Shown here: positions 61,923 to 64,000 of the stretch, piece by piece
How positions within the stretch are numbered: the first letter of the stretch is position 1
How the letters are laid out: each line of letters starts with the position of its first letter
NCBI GenBank assembly: GCA_963665295.1
Contig: OY762209.1
Span: 4,096,001 to 4,160,000, forward strand
From: Syntrophorhabdaceae bacterium
Lineage (GTDB): Bacteria > Desulfobacterota > Syntrophorhabdia > Syntrophorhabdales > Syntrophorhabdaceae
Reading direction: 5' to 3'
Length of the DNA: 64,000 bases
The notes under the pieces: generated by a model
What the model was told of the DNA's origin: nothing
What the model saw: only the letters and a program-made list of their open reading frames with translations
The model's database searches: none
Position numbers and translations under genes: made by a program

Positions 61923-64000
61923 ATGGAAGATAATCATATGAATCAAGACGAACAGCAACGACGTGTCCTACAGGAATACATCTTCAATCTCGAAACCACC
62001 AGGGAAGAAGTAGAGGAACTTGCGGCGGCTCACGCGAGGCTGAAGGAGTCTCAGGACCTGCTTGTGGCCGTCCTTGATAGCACGTCCCATGGCATATGTC
62101 TGATCAGGAACCACATATTCGTCTGGTGCAACAGGGGCTTCTCCCATATACTGGGATGGGAGCAGGAGGAATTGGCGGGCCTGAGCGCGGGCATCCTCCA
62201 TCCTGCCGGAGAGAAGGATAATGCAGTCCGGACCATCCTTAACGACGCCTCCAGAAAGGGCGGGCTGGTCACCAGGGAATGCAACCTCCTCCACAAAAAC
62301 GGCCATCCCGTCCCCTGTCTCGTAAACGTCCGGCCCCAGGACGAGAATGAGCCCTCCAGAGGCTGCGTCCTGTCCATCACCAATTTTACCGAGTTGAAAA
62401 ACGCTCAAATGGAATTACAGACCGCATACAGGGAATTGGAGGCCCGTACAACCGACCTGGTGCTGACTAACGCCCAGCTCAGCAAAGAAATCGTGGGGCA
62501 CAGGGAAGCCCGGGAAAGATTGAGCCGGTACAGAAATCACCTTGAAGATCTCGTGAAGCAACGTACGGAAGAGCTCAAGAAGACCAATGAATATCTGCGA
62601 AGAGAAATATCCGAACGAAAACAGCAGGAAGAAACATTACAGGAACTGGAGGAACTGGAATCATCGATTCTCGGAGCCATTTCCCACGCGGTAATCGGTC
62701 TCAAAAACAGGATCGTCATTTTCGCGAGCGATGCAGTGGAGGATGTTTTCGGCTGGAGGCCGGACGAGTTGATCGGCAAGAACACAAGGCTTTTCCACGC
62801 AACGGATGAAGAGTACGAGAGGATCGAACTCATGTACGATGTCCTCGCGAAGCAGAAGCTGTACTCCGCGGAACTTCCCTGTCGTCACAAGGACGGGAGA
62901 GACATCATGTGCCGGCTCACTGCCTCCAGAATCGGACCGAGCCTTACGGATCGACAGATCGTCGTAACCCTCGAGGATATTACCCAGCGACAAAGGGTTG
63001 AAAACGCTTTAAGGGAGAGCGAGGAAAAGTATCGGAACATATACGAGAACACCTTCGAAGGAATCTTTCAGGCGACTCCGGACGGCCGAATGCTCAGCTC
63101 CAACCCCGCCCTCGCCCATTTGTACAAGGCGGCGTCACCTGATGAGTTCATGAGGGAAGTAGAAGACCTCGGGGCCCTTTGGGCCGACCCCGTCCGGAGA
63201 AATGAGTTCTGGCGGGCGCTGGAGGACCAGGGAATTGTCCAGAATTTCGTGGCCCAGATAGGCTGTAAGGACGGTGACAGGAAGTGGGTTTCCGTTAACG
63301 CCAGGTCGGTCCTCGATAAAGAGGGCCGCCCATTATACTGCGAAGGGACCTTCCAGGACATATCCGAGCACAAAAGGCTTGAATCCCAGCTTGTCCATTC
63401 TCAGAAGATGCAGGCTATCGGGACTCTTGCGGGAGGTGTGGCTCACGATATAAACAATATCCTCATGGGCATACAGGGATATGCTTCTCTCATGCTCTAC
63501 GACCCCGACCGGTCCCATTCGGACCGCGAGAGGCTTTCAAGGGTAGAGGAACTTGTGCGAAGCGGGGCGGACCTTGCGAGGCAGCTCCTCGGATTCGCAA
63601 GAGAAGGTAAATACGAAGTCCATCCTATCCGGGTAAATGAAACAATCAAAGAGACTTCCACCATGTTCGGCCGTACGAAGAAAGAGATCACCATTCACCT
63701 GAGCTTCCAGGAAGATCTCCTTGCCGTGGACGCGGACCGGGGACAGATCGAGCAGGTCCTCGTAAACCTCTATGTAAACGCCTGGCACGCCATGCCCGGA
63801 GGAGGAGCGCTCTTTCTCGCCACAGAAAACACCTTCGTCGATACCCACCAGGCTAAGGCATGCTCGGTCAGTCCCGGCAGGTACGTCAAGATATCCGTGA
63901 CCGACACGGGCACCGGCATGGACGGCAAAACCAGAGAGAGAATATTCGAGCCCTTCTTCACCACCAAGGAAATGGGTAGAGGCACCGGCCTGGGCCTGGC
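61923..64000 (+). CDS. Multi-PAS histidine kinase, 3'-truncated by window (absent from ORF track)
   Basis: My translation from ATG 61923 (SD AGGAG) is open to the window end: three PAS domains, SQKMQAIGTLAGGVAHDINNIL, NAWHAMP, DTGTGM, PFFTTKEMGRGTGLGL. Confidence 0.92.
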   Translation, partial: MEDNHMNQDEQQRRVLQEYIFNLETTREEVEELAAAHARLKESQDLLVAVLDSTSHGICLIRNHIFVWCNRGFSHILGWEQEELAGLSAGILHPAGEKDNAVRTILNDASRKGGLVTRECNLLHKNGHPVPCLVNVRPQDENEPSRGCVLSITNFTELKNAQMELQTAYRELEARTTDLVLTNAQLSKEIVGHREARERLSRYRNHLEDLVKQRTEELKKTNEYLRREISERKQQEETLQELEELESSILGAISHAVIGLKNRIVIFASDAVEDVFGWRPDELIGKNTRLFHATDEEYERIELMYDVLAKQKLYSAELPCRHKDGRDIMCRLTASRIGPSLTDRQIVVTLEDITQRQRVENALRESEEKYRNIYENTFEGIFQATPDGRMLSSNPALAHLYKAASPDEFMREVEDLGALWADPVRRNEFWRALEDQGIVQNFVAQIGCKDGDRKWVSVNARSVLDKEGRPLYCEGTFQDISEHKRLESQLVHSQKMQAIGTLAGGVAHDINNILMGIQGYASLMLYDPDRSHSDRERLSRVEELVRSGADLARQLLGFAREGKYEVHPIRVNETIKETSTMFGRTKKEITIHLSFQEDLLAVDADRGQIEQVLVNLYVNAWHAMPGGGALFLATENTFVDTHQAKACSVSPGRYVKISVTDTGTGMDGKTRERIFEPFFTTKEMGRGTGLGL

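Overview
A gene-dense core-chromosome segment from an anaerobic deltaproteobacterium (Desulfobacterota). The gene order is Geobacter/Syntrophus-like, and a Syntrophorhabdus-like syntroph is my inference only. 1-15.9 kb (+): nusA-infB-DUF503-rbfA-nrnA-truB-rpsO-pnp-M16 peptidase-dut-xerD-(DHH-CBS-tRNA nucleotidyltransferase)-scpA-sppA-L,D-transpeptidase. 15.9-48.4 kb (mostly -) holds three operons: (i) ftsH-folP-cdaA-cdaR-glmM-pdxJ-acpS-nnr-tsaE-lysC-cimA plus a free-standing CimA-type regulatory domain; (ii) a yceD-rpmF-plsX-[acyl-CoA dehydrogenase]-fabD-fabG-acpP-fabF-rpiB-glyA-dCMP deaminase-nrdR-ribDE-ribBA-ribH-nusB supra-operon; (iii) a UPF0280/NIL-ferredoxin/cysteine desulfurase/mtaB sulfur cassette. 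48.7-64 kb is accessory signalling and redox: PAS hybrid kinases, an HDOD-HisKA protein with no ATPase domain, a 13-heme cytochrome c/cytochrome b pair, an orphan flagellar-rod-C-terminus-like protein behind a class II CRP-type promoter, and a lone GlcD-type FAD oxidoreductase. I found no tRNA, rRNA, CRISPR array or transposase. The best candidate for an undescribed system is the acyl-CoA-dehydrogenase-family gene abutting plsX and fabD in the exact fabH position of the fatty-acid synthesis operon. All functional calls come from motif recognition by eye, and no database searches were run.
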